Assembly: GCA_964016885.1 (NCBI GenBank)
Contig: CAXHJY010001753.1
Span: forward strand, 1-64,000
Length of the DNA: 64,000 bases
Direction: 5' to 3'
Source of the DNA: Eledone cirrhosa
Taxonomy: Eukaryota
Position numbers and translations under genes: made by a program. Of this stretch, positions 37,660-49,094 are shown piece after piece. The notes under the pieces were generated by a model. The model saw only the letters and a program-made list of their open reading frames with translations, did no database searches and was not told the DNA's origin. Within the stretch, counting starts at the first letter, position 1. The number at the start of each line of letters is the position of its first letter.

Positions 37660-37817
37660 CTTCCCTTGCTTTTATCGAGAATCTCAAATTGTAATACGTG
37701 ACGTATTCTATTCTATAGCGATTGGGTCTTCGAAATGTTTATTATAAACATACAGAATATTTTCGAATATTCTATGTTTATCTTCACATATATATCGCTA
37801 TTTCAGAGCATTATATC

Positions 37818-37877
<60 letters not shown>

Positions 37878-37891
37878 CATATATATGTGTA

Positions 37892-37998
<107 letters not shown>

Positions 37999-37999
37999 T

Positions 38000-40600
38000 T
38001 AAAGATTAATTAGTCTTTAATACTTAAATATCTCAATGAGAGAAAACTCTCAGAGGAGCAATTTTATATATTGAAATTAATTGAGAAAGAACTTCAATTC
38101 TGGGACTATAAACAACCTAGACAAAAATGTATTCTATCTAACATTGCTTATATATAGATCTCCCTACTATGAAGACTAATTAATCTTTCATTAATAATAA
38201 ACTGCTCCTGGCTGCTATTTTAAGCGATTTTATAAGCCTGTCAAGGAGATTTTGATAACGAAACACAACGTGTGAAAATAAAAGTGAAACTATCAGGTAT
38301 GTTAATAATAGCATGCATTAAGGTAAAACAGAAACAGAATATATTAAGAAAATTACACACAGAATGTTAATAAAAAAAAAAAGCACAGATACATAATGAT
38401 AGCATAGATATAAATATTATGTAAATATCATATGGCGAATTAGTTGCATTCAAAGATGTTTATATTGAAGTTAATGTAAAAATGTTTATGCTGGGGGTAA
38501 TGTGAATAGTTTATGTAATAAATATTAATATTTACAGTTGTGGCGTGTATACGCAATTGGCATAGATTGATGAAGTTTAAATAAGTATATAAAGCAAACA
38601 TTAATCCGGTGGTTTCTGTTGCCATGTCAATATTTGTGTTTGAAAAATATTATATTATACATTCCTCAATGTAGTAATTCGATTAAGAATTATAGTTGAA
38701 GTCAAAACAACCGCTTTTACGAAATCTAATGGGAACAGTTGTGTTAAGGTTTTAATAACGGTCGGATTTTGAAATAGTAAATAGATTACTACAAAAGGAG
38801 TTAATAACATAACGGAGGTAATTAAGGAAATATTAAAATTTTTCAATGGATTTATATCCTTATGTTATTTAAATCATTATATAATTAATCAATCTATTAA
38901 TTAATATATTTATTAATTAATATATTTATTTATTATTTATTATTTAAATATATATATTTATTTATTTTGTTTATTTAATATTATTTAATCCTTTTTCAAA
39001 TTATATAAAGAGTGATAAATTATTAATTTAGAGAGGAATTTATTCAGTAGTTGATAATTTATGGTGGAATAAAATATATTATGGGCGCTATTACCAGCTA
39101 CCTAATTTGTGTTATATCTATTTAGAAAAAAAGTAATAAGGAAGGTACTTTAGAAAGAAAGAACATAGTAGGGTACACAAAGTGTTTATTTATTATTTTT
39201 GTGGTTATTATGATAATAAAATAAAGTATAGGATCTGTAGTAGATATGAAATAATAGAAGCTGTGCATTAATATAATTATATTATGGTAATATTATGATA
39301 ATTAAGTGCGAGAAAAAGGATACCTAAGTTAATAGGGTGGTAAGGTTTATTAAACTCCGTGTGTGTGTGTGGGGGGGGGGGGGTAGTTATATACATACAA
39401 AAATTATAGGAGTTAAAATTAAAGGCGAAGTGGTAATGGTAATGTGGGATTAGATCTGACATTGTTATAAATTAGCTGCTGGGTTTGAAATAATGAAAAG
39501 AGTGTCAGTGAAAGTGTAGACACGTGGAGAAAATGTCCAACTTTCTATTTAATAGATTTAATTGAGAATAAACAATAGTGCGAGACTCGAGGAGACAAAG
39601 GTTACAGAATTTGTTAGGTGGTTAGCTATCCCGTCCCATTCTAGGGTGTATGGTTTATTTCTAATTTTCAATGAATGTGTATATGTAGATAATGAAGTAG
39701 CGTTACCTAGTTTAGGATTTCTAAAAGTGTGAAGATGCGAGTTATACCTTATCTTAAAGCTAGTCGAGGTGGAACCAATATAAGTTTTCGAAATTTCATG
39801 TGTTGTTACAATACAGGAGTAAACAATATCTTTAATTAGGCACCTTTTCCTCTTGTGCAAATTTTATTTGGTCTAAAGTTACAGTTGTTCTGGTTATTAG
39901 TATATTGGTTGAGAGGGTATGTGGTGTGTGGTTATTACAGTTGATAATGTGAGTATTGAGATTATGGAAATTATTATTATTTCTATAGCTATTAATGTCA
40001 TTATTACTAGTACTATTACTATTATTGTTTCTAACATTTTCCTGTTCTGAGTTATTATGATGGTTATTTCTATTTTGAAAGTTATTAATTTGGTGTAACT
40101 AGAAATATTTATTAATCTTCCTTTTATTACTGCTTGTAATTTGCTTGATATATTCACTTTCTGTTTTACCCTAATGCATGCTATTAACATTCGGTGTGTA
40201 ATATGCCTGATATTTTCACTTTTACTTATACTTTTCTTATTTCAATATTTTAAAAATGTAATATCATGTATAGGTTTGCTATCATTTTGCATCTGTATTA
40301 CCTTAATGCATACTATTATAAATTTTCTGTGTAATATGCTTGATATGCTCACTTCTAATAATACCCTCTTTATAATAGCTTCCAATATTTGCTATCTTTT
40401 CAATGTAATATCATTTTATTACTCGTTTTTCAATATGATGTCACTGGCACTGTTAATAATAATGTATCTTAATGAATGTTCTAAGGCCTAGGAATTTAAT
40501 TACTTGTTTAAACATTGTATATGCTCCGATGATTCCAAACAGTTGTCTGGAAGAAACGATCCTCAGCAATTAAATGCATTAATAAAAGATTTGATTGTTT
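38000..40600 (-). mobile_element. Decayed Penelope-like element: GIY-YIG remnant 39558-39860 (minus) with an inverted pLTR-like segment ~40150-40600 (plus)
   Basis: RCLIKDIVYSC...YIGSTSTSFKIRYNSHLHTF...TSLS; 40150-40190 mirrors 38297-38345 (ttctgttttacc.taatgcatgctatta). Confidence 0.7.
40522..40568 (+). ncRNA. Hammerhead motif with two core substitutions
   Basis: tgct CcGATGA ttcca-aacagttgtc-tggaa GAAAC gatc cTC agca; perfect stems I and II, palindromic gatc loop; aataaa follows. Confidence 0.55.
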
Positions 40601-41095
40601 TATAAGAGACAACGGCCATCCAAAAGTGTGTAAATATGTATATACACATGTACATATGTATGTATATGTATATGTGTATATACATGGGTGCATGTGTATG
40701 TATGTGCGAGGGGACATAGAAAACGTCGGGTTGGACACCCGATCGCGCAATTAAACGACTGGGAGTGAAGGACCCCTAGCCTTTGTCAGGGCATTCTTCT
40801 AGGAGAAGGCAACTCAGGAAACTGGGATGACTCCGATATAAAACCTAAAGCTCAGTAGTTACAGACGATATTGATCTTTTCTTCTTTTCGGGTTATAGCT
40901 ACTGTATATTATTGTTTCCCCCTTTCGGGGATTGTAGTTGTCTCCCCTTCCCGCTTAGTGACGCTATAATACTTCCTCAGTCAAAAATTGCTCGCATTTC
41001 AAATTTGGCGGTCATTTGATGCGAGAAGGAGCAACTTAACAGACACGATTTTTAACTGCGGTAAGAATTTTTTTCTTATTTCAAAGTTTAATGGG

Positions 41096-41223
41096 CTTTC
41101 ACTGATGATTTATAAGTGCCCACCTAAATATATTCTTACATGAATGTATATTAGGCTTCTACATAAAATGGAAATATTCTCCCAATTTGTAGAAAACTTA
41201 TAATGAAACAATTGTTTGGAAAG
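41096..41223 (+). ncRNA. Type I hammerhead with ~95-nt branched stem II, within a ~310-bp element (~41090-41400)
   Basis: ctttca CTGATGA t-ttataagt...acttataa-t GAAAC aatt GTT tggaaag. Confidence 0.65.
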
Positions 41224-41506
41224 AGAGATGTACTTTAACTTTAATTATATCTCATAAAATAATACAACTGGCTTTTCCACATAATACATATTGTTAGCAC
41301 CCCAAACACTTAAATTAGGTTTATATTAAAATATAACCTAATGTTTGTTGAGTGAGATGGTTACCAGTCAGAGTTTAGCTTTAAACTATCTCTGTTATTG
41401 TATTAAATATATATATATATATATATATAACGAAGGAAATGTGGCAAGGAACCAGGTGGACCATAACGCACCAAAGTACTCAATACTTAGGGTAGTAGAG
41501 TGGGTA

Positions 41507-41620
41507 ATAGGAACCAGTAAGACCCCGACGGCTGAGCTCAAGCCGTTTCGACGGCTAATTCTGGACTCCAGAATTAGCCGTCGAAACGGCTTGAGCTCAG
41601 CCGTCGGGGTCTTACTGGTT

Positions 41621-41625
<5 letters not shown>
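41507..41625. repeat. Perfect palindrome: 59-bp arms, 1-nt centre (41566)
   Basis: ataggaaccagtaagacc...ctaattctgga c tccagaattag...ggtcttactggttcctat. Confidence 0.95.
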
Positions 41626-41656
<31 letters not shown>

Positions 41657-41800
41657 TAAACGGAATAGAAAATGCTGACAAATTGTTCACAGTTGAAAAA
41701 TGGTTTAATTAGGAATAAAAGAGTATTAGTGATTATATGGGTTAGTATTCAGTTGTGGTTTTAAGTTTTTAAGTTTTACGGTCCCGAGGATTATATATAT

Positions 41801-41898
41801 ATCACAGAAAAAAAGAGAATCAGTGTTGCGACGAATGGATTGTAATATGTCCAATAAATTCCATTCGTCGCAACACAGATTCTCTTTTTTTCTGTGAT
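41801..41898. repeat. ~39-bp inverted repeat between (TA)n tracts
   Basis: atcacagaaaaaaagagaatcagtgttgcgacgaatgga / tccattcgtcgcaacacagattctctttttttctgtgat. Confidence 0.85.
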
Positions 41899-41909
41899 CA
41901 TCCCACACC

Positions 41910-41953
<44 letters not shown>

Positions 41954-42129
41954 TTATTTTTCATTCTTTATTTTATATTCCACCGATTCATCTATTTAAC
42001 CCACTGTAGTTGAATGTCGTTAATACCCTATCATCCCATTTTATTACACTGACCAGTATGTCCCTTATCATATCATCTCTTCATACCACTTCCCTCTCTT
42101 TCTCCATGTTATTATTATTATTGTCATTG

Positions 42130-42315
42130 GGGCGGTGAATTGGCAGTATCGGTAGAGGGTCGGACGCCATGCTTTGACGCAGAGTTACGGCCCTTGCCAT
42201 TCTGAGTTCAAATCCCGCCGAGGTTAACTTTGCCTTTCATCCTTACGGGGTCGATAAAATAAAGTACCAGTAATGTACTGGGTAATTGCTGGCCTTGTGC
42301 CAATAGTAGAAACAA
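42130..42315 (+). mobile_element. SINE (dominant family), flanked by attattattattgtcatt TSD
   Basis: full head/core/tail; duplicated flank. Confidence 0.9.
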
Positions 42316-42468
42316 TTATTATTATTGTCATTACTATTTTACACTTCTATCCACTTATCACTGCATCTATTACTATTACTACTATTATTATTATTATTGT
42401 TGTTGTTTTCATTTATGTTATTCTCCCATGTATCTATAAATACTACGGCAGTGTATCGTAGACAAATC

Positions 42469-42579
42469 AGTATTCTGACGATTTGGTCGGGTATCGACTG
42501 TAATTAAGGTCGTGTGACGTAACTTCTAACGATCAGCGACTTTTAGACACACCGGATTAATGAAACAATTGTTAATACT
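42469..42579 (+). ncRNA. Type I hammerhead with ~80-nt extended stem II
   Basis: agtatt CTGACGA t-ttggtcgggt...accggattaa-t GAAAC aatt GTT aatact; perfect 6-bp stem I; aataaa immediately downstream. Confidence 0.7.
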
Positions 42580-42630
42580 TTAAATAAACCTTATTGTACA
42601 GCCGACCATGTTATTCTTCATTATTTTACT

Positions 42631-42663
<33 letters not shown>

Positions 42664-42867
42664 ATATATATATATACATATATATATTTAATACATTAAC
42701 AGAGAAAGCTTTAAGCAATACTCTGACTGGCTTCCATCTCACTCAACAAACATTAGGATATACCTTAGTATAATCCCAATTTTACGTTTGGGGTGCTAAC
42801 TATATGTATTTTGTGGATAGCCAGTTGCATTATTTTATATGAGACATAATTAAAATACATCTCCCTT

Positions 42868-42989
42868 TCCAAACAATTGTTTCATTATAAGTTTTCTACA
42901 AGTTGAGAAAAATGTGTCCAGGTTATGTAGAAGCCTACACATAATCCGTAGGAATATATGCAGGTGGGCACTTATAAATCATCAGTGGA
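42868..42989 (-). ncRNA. Type I hammerhead with branched stem II (second copy of the 41096 family; element ~42720-43010)
   Basis: minus strand tcca CTGATGA tttataagt gccca cctgcatata..tatgtgtagg c ttctaca..tgtagaa a acttataat GAAAC aatt GTT tgga. Confidence 0.7.
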
Positions 42990-43000
42990 TGCCCGTCAAA

Positions 43001-43049
<49 letters not shown>

Positions 43050-43105
43050 GAGAGGTATAGAGATTGTTTTAGCAAAAAACTAACGGCATATATATATATA
43101 TATAT

Positions 43106-43195
43106 AAACATTTCATTTCACGTTGCTCCAGTATATTCAGCTGAAAATTAGTACCTTTTAATGATGTTTTGATTATAATCCTTGTCTTAATATTC

Positions 43196-43247
<52 letters not shown>

Positions 43248-43322
43248 GAATATTAAGACAAGGATTATAATCAAAACATCATTAAAAGGTACTAATTTTC
43301 AGCAACGTGAAATGAAATGTTT
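43106..43322. repeat. Palindrome centred on (TA)n
   Basis: gctgaaaattagtacc...aatattcgttta (ta)n taaacgaatatt...ggtactaattttcagc; outer aaacatttcatttcacgttgc / gcaacgtgaaatgaaatgttt. Confidence 0.9.
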
Positions 43323-44954
43323 TGCTCAAGAACGCAACACACAACCCAGTTCAGGAATCAAGCTCATGACATTATTGTTGTAAGTTCAACGCCCTTACCA
43401 CTAGGCTACGTACCACCACTTAATTTACATAAAGTGTAATCAATTTCCCGAGTTATTCCCTGGTTCTTTTGTTACTGAACCCAGAAAGATAAAAGATAAA
43501 GTTGACCTCGGCGGGATTCAACCCAATAATTGATGGTTTCTAATTTTAGCACAAAGCCAGTAATGGTTTAGAGGATGGTGGTGGAGGTGGTATATCAGCC
43601 GTCTATATCAACCAAAGTACTTAATTTCATCAATCTCAGAAGGATGAACAGCAAAGTTGACCTCAACAGTATGAATAATATTGATTCATTTTTACTAGAC
43701 ACAAATCTAATCGTTGCAATTGAGAGGCTAAAATCGACTTTTATCTCTTTTCCAAAAGTTGTGGAAATTCTCATGATCATTTATTGTATGGGTTTGAGGG
43801 TGGAAGTTATCCCTAAACCGGAGACTTGACTCGAATGCTTGCAACAGAGATGATCCACTAAGGGAACCAAAGATCCATGTTATGGTTTTAAACCAAGAGA
43901 TCGATTAAGTCTAACATCCAAGTGATTTACGATAGGATTTGATCTAAAAACTTAAAGATTCAGAACAGATACTCCAAGGCCTCTTGCCCAAAGTTCTAAT
44001 GAGTGTGTTAGTCCATCAGCATAATCTGATACTTTACCAAACCCAGAATAGTGATTTTGATAGAATTTGAACTGAAGACGTAGTAGCCGTAAAGTATTTC
44101 GTCTACCACTCCAACTTCTTTGCTACTTTGCTGCTTTAAGTACATCGGGAAAATGAACGCTGAAGTTGGTTGAGTGTCATGGTATACTGGTGATTGCTAG
44201 CATTGGTAGTGATCGTATGAGTGTTGTAACAGTGAAAGTTACATGATGATAGAAATTGTGCTCCTGGTTGTTGAGTGATAGCTGTGGTAGTGGTGGCAGT
44301 TTCCATGGGAACGGGTATGATATAGGCAGTGGTGGTTGTACTTATGGTAGAATTGGAGGTATTGATCTTGTTAGTGTTCTTGATAATTACGCAGATAGGA
44401 TAAAAATGGTAAATGTAGTAGTGGTAATGAAGGTGGAGTGGCTTTAGGGGAATAGTGATGTCAGTTATAATGGTGAGGGTGTTGATGGTGGCGAGAGTGG
44501 AGAAGGTACAGTTGGTGGAGGTAATGATTAAAGTTTAGTAGTGACAAAAATAGTGGTCATGAAGGTGCTTAAGAGAGGGTTGTGGTGTGAGGGGGAAACA
44601 TTTAATTGTGATTAAAATCATAGCATTTACAACATGCAAAATCAAACAATAAGATAGAAAGAAAGAAAGAAGAGAGAAAATAAAGAAAAGGAAGAGGAAG
44701 AAAAAATAAAATAGAAAGAATTGAAGAGATTATGGCACGAAAATCGAATAAAATCAATGGTTGGCTTCCATTGCAGAGCGATTGTTGTAATTATGTCTCT
44801 TGGTTAGAATTTTGCAGTATGGCACGTGTAGGATGTAACGAAAGGTGGGGGAGCTTGCTTGCGTTATTGTTGTTCTTCATCTTGCTATTTTTATAATATT
44901 ATTAGGAAATATGAGAAGTTTATTATTAGTAGTGCCATTGTTATAATTATCATA

Positions 44955-45570
44955 GGGCGGTGGATTGGCAGAATCGGTAGAGCGTCGGACACCTTGCTTC
45001 GCGGCATAGTTACGTCTCTTTACGTTCTGAGTTCAAATCCCGTCGAGGTAAACTTTGCCTTTCATCCTTACGGGGTCGATAAAATAAAGCGCCAGTAACG
45101 TACTGGGGTCAATTTAAACGACTTTCTCCTCCCCCAAATTACTAGCCTTGTGCCTATACTAGAAATCATTGTTATAATTATCATAACACCATGCTTTTCA
45201 GCATAGAATTATGACCCTTTACGTTCTGAGTTCAAATCATGCCGAGGTTAACTTTGCCTTTCATCCTTACGGAGTCGATAAAATAAAGCACTACACTAGG
45301 GTAATTGCTGGCCTTGTGCCAAAAGTAGAAACATTATTATTATTGTTAGACGCTGGAAAAGGGCGGTGGATTAACAGTATCGGTAGAGCGTCGGACAACA
45401 TGCTTTGCGGGATATAGTTACGTTACTTTATGTTCTGAATTCAGGTCGAGATTAACTTTGCCTTTCATCCTTACGGAGTCAATAAAATAAAGTATCAGTT
45501 AAGTATTGACGCCATTATAATCGACTTTCCACTTTCTTCAAATTATTAGCTTCGTGCCAATGTTAAAAAG
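44955..45570 (+). mobile_element. Three tandem SINE copies
   Basis: core ctttgcctttcatccttacgg.gtc.ataaaataaag at ~45055, ~45255, ~45460. Confidence 0.85.
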
Positions 45571-45931
45571 AATTATTAGAGGCGGGAAAACCCTGTGGGA
45601 ATCGAACTCACGCCTCACATATAACGGATAGACTTATACGTCATTTTTAAGGCTTATTTTTTCAATCTCTATAGGTTATATTTGCCTAACTTGTTCAAGT
45701 ATTTTATAGTCAAACCTCTGTTTTCGCATTCTGCAGTACTTTCAAAATCCAAATTTGTGCAACGCCCAGTTACCTTGGGTTATTGTTTATAAGTTTATTT
45801 TCTTTTACCGAGGTTCGACCTATGTAATGTAGGTACAAATATGCCAGTTGCATCTTGTGGGACATCGAAATGATCGTGTGGATCTGCATATAAAGAAAAT
45901 TGAAATGCGCACACGCACACGCCCAAAATAC

Positions 45932-45963
<32 letters not shown>

Positions 45964-46744
45964 TCCCTGATGATTTATTATCAATGAACCAGTTGTAGTC
46001 CTGTAGAAGTCATTTCTATAATAAAACTAGACGACCCGTGACCCATTGGGTCACGTTCACTTAAAAGTATTTTTAAAAAATCATGTTCACTTAATAATGA
46101 TTTTTAAATAATTAAAATACACATATTATTTCTACCAGCCGAAATACGATTCTCGCTGAATTATATTTGTATTAATCTCCCGAGTTTTACAATTAACCTG
46201 TTAATAATTCTATTGACAGATTAATTGCATAAGTTTATTTTTAAAAATACCTGGTTGAGTGCTTATTCGATTTGTGCTATCTATGCAATTTTTTGTATGA
46301 TATACACATACTGAATTCATTTGCCAAAATATGGGGAATTTTCCCTTGTGACTTACGCATGTGCGTTTACTAAGCTCTGCGTCACTCGCAAAGTTGGCTA
46401 CAGAGCAAAATTACCTGTTGATAATGTGATATTCCTTGTTCGATCTTTATGCTGACAGTTTATAGTTTTAAGCAGACAGTATTATTGATTTAGGTGTCAT
46501 AGAAACCCTGCATTTGGATTTTACCACCAATTCCATTTGGGTCCAGGTTTTTATCATTTATTTTGTTTGACCTGTTTAGCTTGATTTATTTTTTGGCTTA
46601 GGTGATTAATGCCTTCCTAACCACTTTTTCAGCTTGTATGTCGTTTTAACATATTGTATGGCGTTTTAACATATTGTTAACTAATACATTAGTTAATGTG
46701 AATAACAATAGTTTAAATGTGAATAATAGTAGAACACCTATAAA

Positions 46745-47200
46745 TAATGGTTTCTTATATAGTCACAAGGCCAGTAATTTGGGGGGAGGGGAAAGTCGAT
46801 TAAATCGACCCCAGTGCGTGACTGGTACTTTATTTTATCGACCCCATAAGGACGAAGGGCAAACTTAACCTCGGCGGGATTTGAGCTCAGATCATAAAGA
46901 GCCGTAACTCTATACTGCAAAGCATGGCGTCCGACCCTTTACCGATACTGCCAATCCACCGCCCTCAGACACCTAGAAATAATAATTGTTTCTACTTTAG
47001 GCACAAGGCCAGCAATCACCCAGTGCATTACTGGTACTTTATTTTATCTACCCCATAAGGATGAAAGGCAAAGTCAACCTCGGCGGAATTTGAACTCAGA
47101 TCGTAAAGGGACGTAACTATGCTGGAAAGCATGGCGTCCGACCCTCTACCGATACTGCCAATCCAATGATAATTGTTTCTACTTTTGGCACAAGGCCAGC
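46745..47200 (-). mobile_element. Two tandem SINE copies plus a tail fragment
   Basis: reverse-complement SINE at ~46745-46965 and ~46981-47165; tail repeat at ~47170-47200. Confidence 0.85.
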
Positions 47201-47219
47201 TAGAAATAATAATGATAAC

Positions 47220-49090
47220 ACGAATAGTTTAGGTTGTAGGAGTAACATTGAATTGAATTGTAACTGTTGAAGGAAACTGAATGCCCTTTACGAAATAATT
47301 GCCTTGACAAGAATCTAGTGTATAAATGTACCATTAAGACAAATAATAATAATACTTAGAACTACATTGGTGCCACTTGATCGAACTTTGTTTCGCTTTT
47401 CCAATCATAAACATTGGTTTTCTAATCCAGAATTTTCTACGGTCTTGATGGTTCAATTCCAGTATTGGCAGTGATTTATTACAACAAATATCAATATTTA
47501 TATACCGCAAATAATAACATGATAAACTTAAATGTAATGAAGAAGAGGGTGTGGATCGAGATATGGGTATAAGGAGAGGGTGAGTATGAGGAAATGCAAG
47601 AAGAAAATAAATAAATACATACATACATAAATATTTAAATGCGTAAATAGACGTATTAGGGAAGACAAAAGAAGAGAGAGAGAGATAGAAGAGAGAAGAA
47701 AGAAATACTGGCAAAATAAAAGAAACGGAAATGATGTGTGACCGTTGCTTTCAAATATTTAGTCAAATAGAGGCAACCAATTAAATATGATGAAATTTTT
47801 TAATATCTTTTGTATTTGGTTATGTTTAAGCTAAGTATACTAATATATTATATCAAAGTTAAACAATATAAAACTATTTTTTATAGTAATCAAAACCATA
47901 GTTTAATTAAGTAATATATTTACTAAATATTTTGTTACAATATTTTAAAACATTTTATCTTTAAAGTAAGTTTATATACCTATTAAAAATGTATAAGGAT
48001 ATTTACTAAAACCCATGCATATATCAGTATATATATTTTATATTATGTTAAGAATTATTATCTGAATTATTCTATTTTCATTATTAAATCATTTCAATTC
48101 ATTGGTTGTCATTTCATTATAGGATTAAATTAGTAGGTATATTTACTCTTAAAAGTATTATTATTTCGATTTTACTTCCGTAATTACATCTTATTATATA
48201 TAGTTTCCTTTTAAGGATTTTTCGAATATTATTAAACTGTATAAATCATGTTAAATATACATGAACAAGCCATTTGGACAGAAACAAAATTATTTACGAA
48301 GAATGTAAACAAAGGAAGATAACTCGTTCATCATATGTGAACGTTTAAGATATTTAAGTATTTTGAAAGCCAAAAAATATTTCAAACCGCAAATTCAGAA
48401 ATATCTAGTTACACAATGACCATTCTAAATCCAAACTTAGGATACCGAGTCTCATCATGAGATTAATTTACTATATAAAAACGATATACAATTTTTAAGG
48501 TAAGGTTATATATATAATAATAATAATATTTCAAGAATTATTAATAGTCAATATTTCTTTCTTCATAGTCAATATATTTTTCGAAATTTGCATAATGCTT
48601 GAACGGTTCTTCCAGACATATGTAGACAGCTTCCGCATAATTATTTTATCTTATTAATTAAATTACCATAATTTGTAATTATTAATAGAGTCTCTAAATT
48701 AAAAAGATTGCAATTTGGTAAAATGGAAGCGTTCCGGTAGGAATCAGAATCTTTAATTTACTCCAAGAAATTGAGTATTTAATATTTTTCTCTTTTAAAG
48801 ACCATATTAATTGTGATAGTGATGTGGAAATTTTTTTATCTGGATTAGAAAACAAATGTTTATGATTGGAAAAGCGAAACTTAAAGTTCGATGAAGTGGC
48901 ACCAATGTAGTTATAAGTATTATTATTATTGCTCTTAAGGCAAATTTTCTGTAAAGGGCATTCAGATTTCTTTCTACAGTTACAATTCAAATCAATGTTA
49001 TTTCTATACCCTAAACTATTCGTTTTATCATTATTATTTTTCTACTATTATTCGTATTTAAACTATTGTTATTGTTATTCACATTAACTA
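47220..49090. mobile_element. Penelope-like GIY-YIG remnants in inverted orientation: ~47220-47435 (plus) and ~48690-49020 (minus)
   Basis: minus ORF NCNCRKKSECPLQKICLK...YIGATSSNFKFRFSNHKHLF; the plus segment is a diverged nucleotide copy (cgaatagtttagg...aactacattggtgccac...ttccaatcataaacatt). Confidence 0.75.
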
Positions 49091-49094
49091 CTGT

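Larger units (their letters stand above)
36269..37822 (-). mobile_element. Retrozyme-like array: 3.6 tandem 312-bp units (starts 36269, 36581, 36893, 37205) plus a 424-bp inverted copy (37399-37822), between (TA)n tracts
   Basis: near-identical units; 37399-37822 is the reverse complement of ~36856-37279; one hammerhead per unit. Confidence 0.85.
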
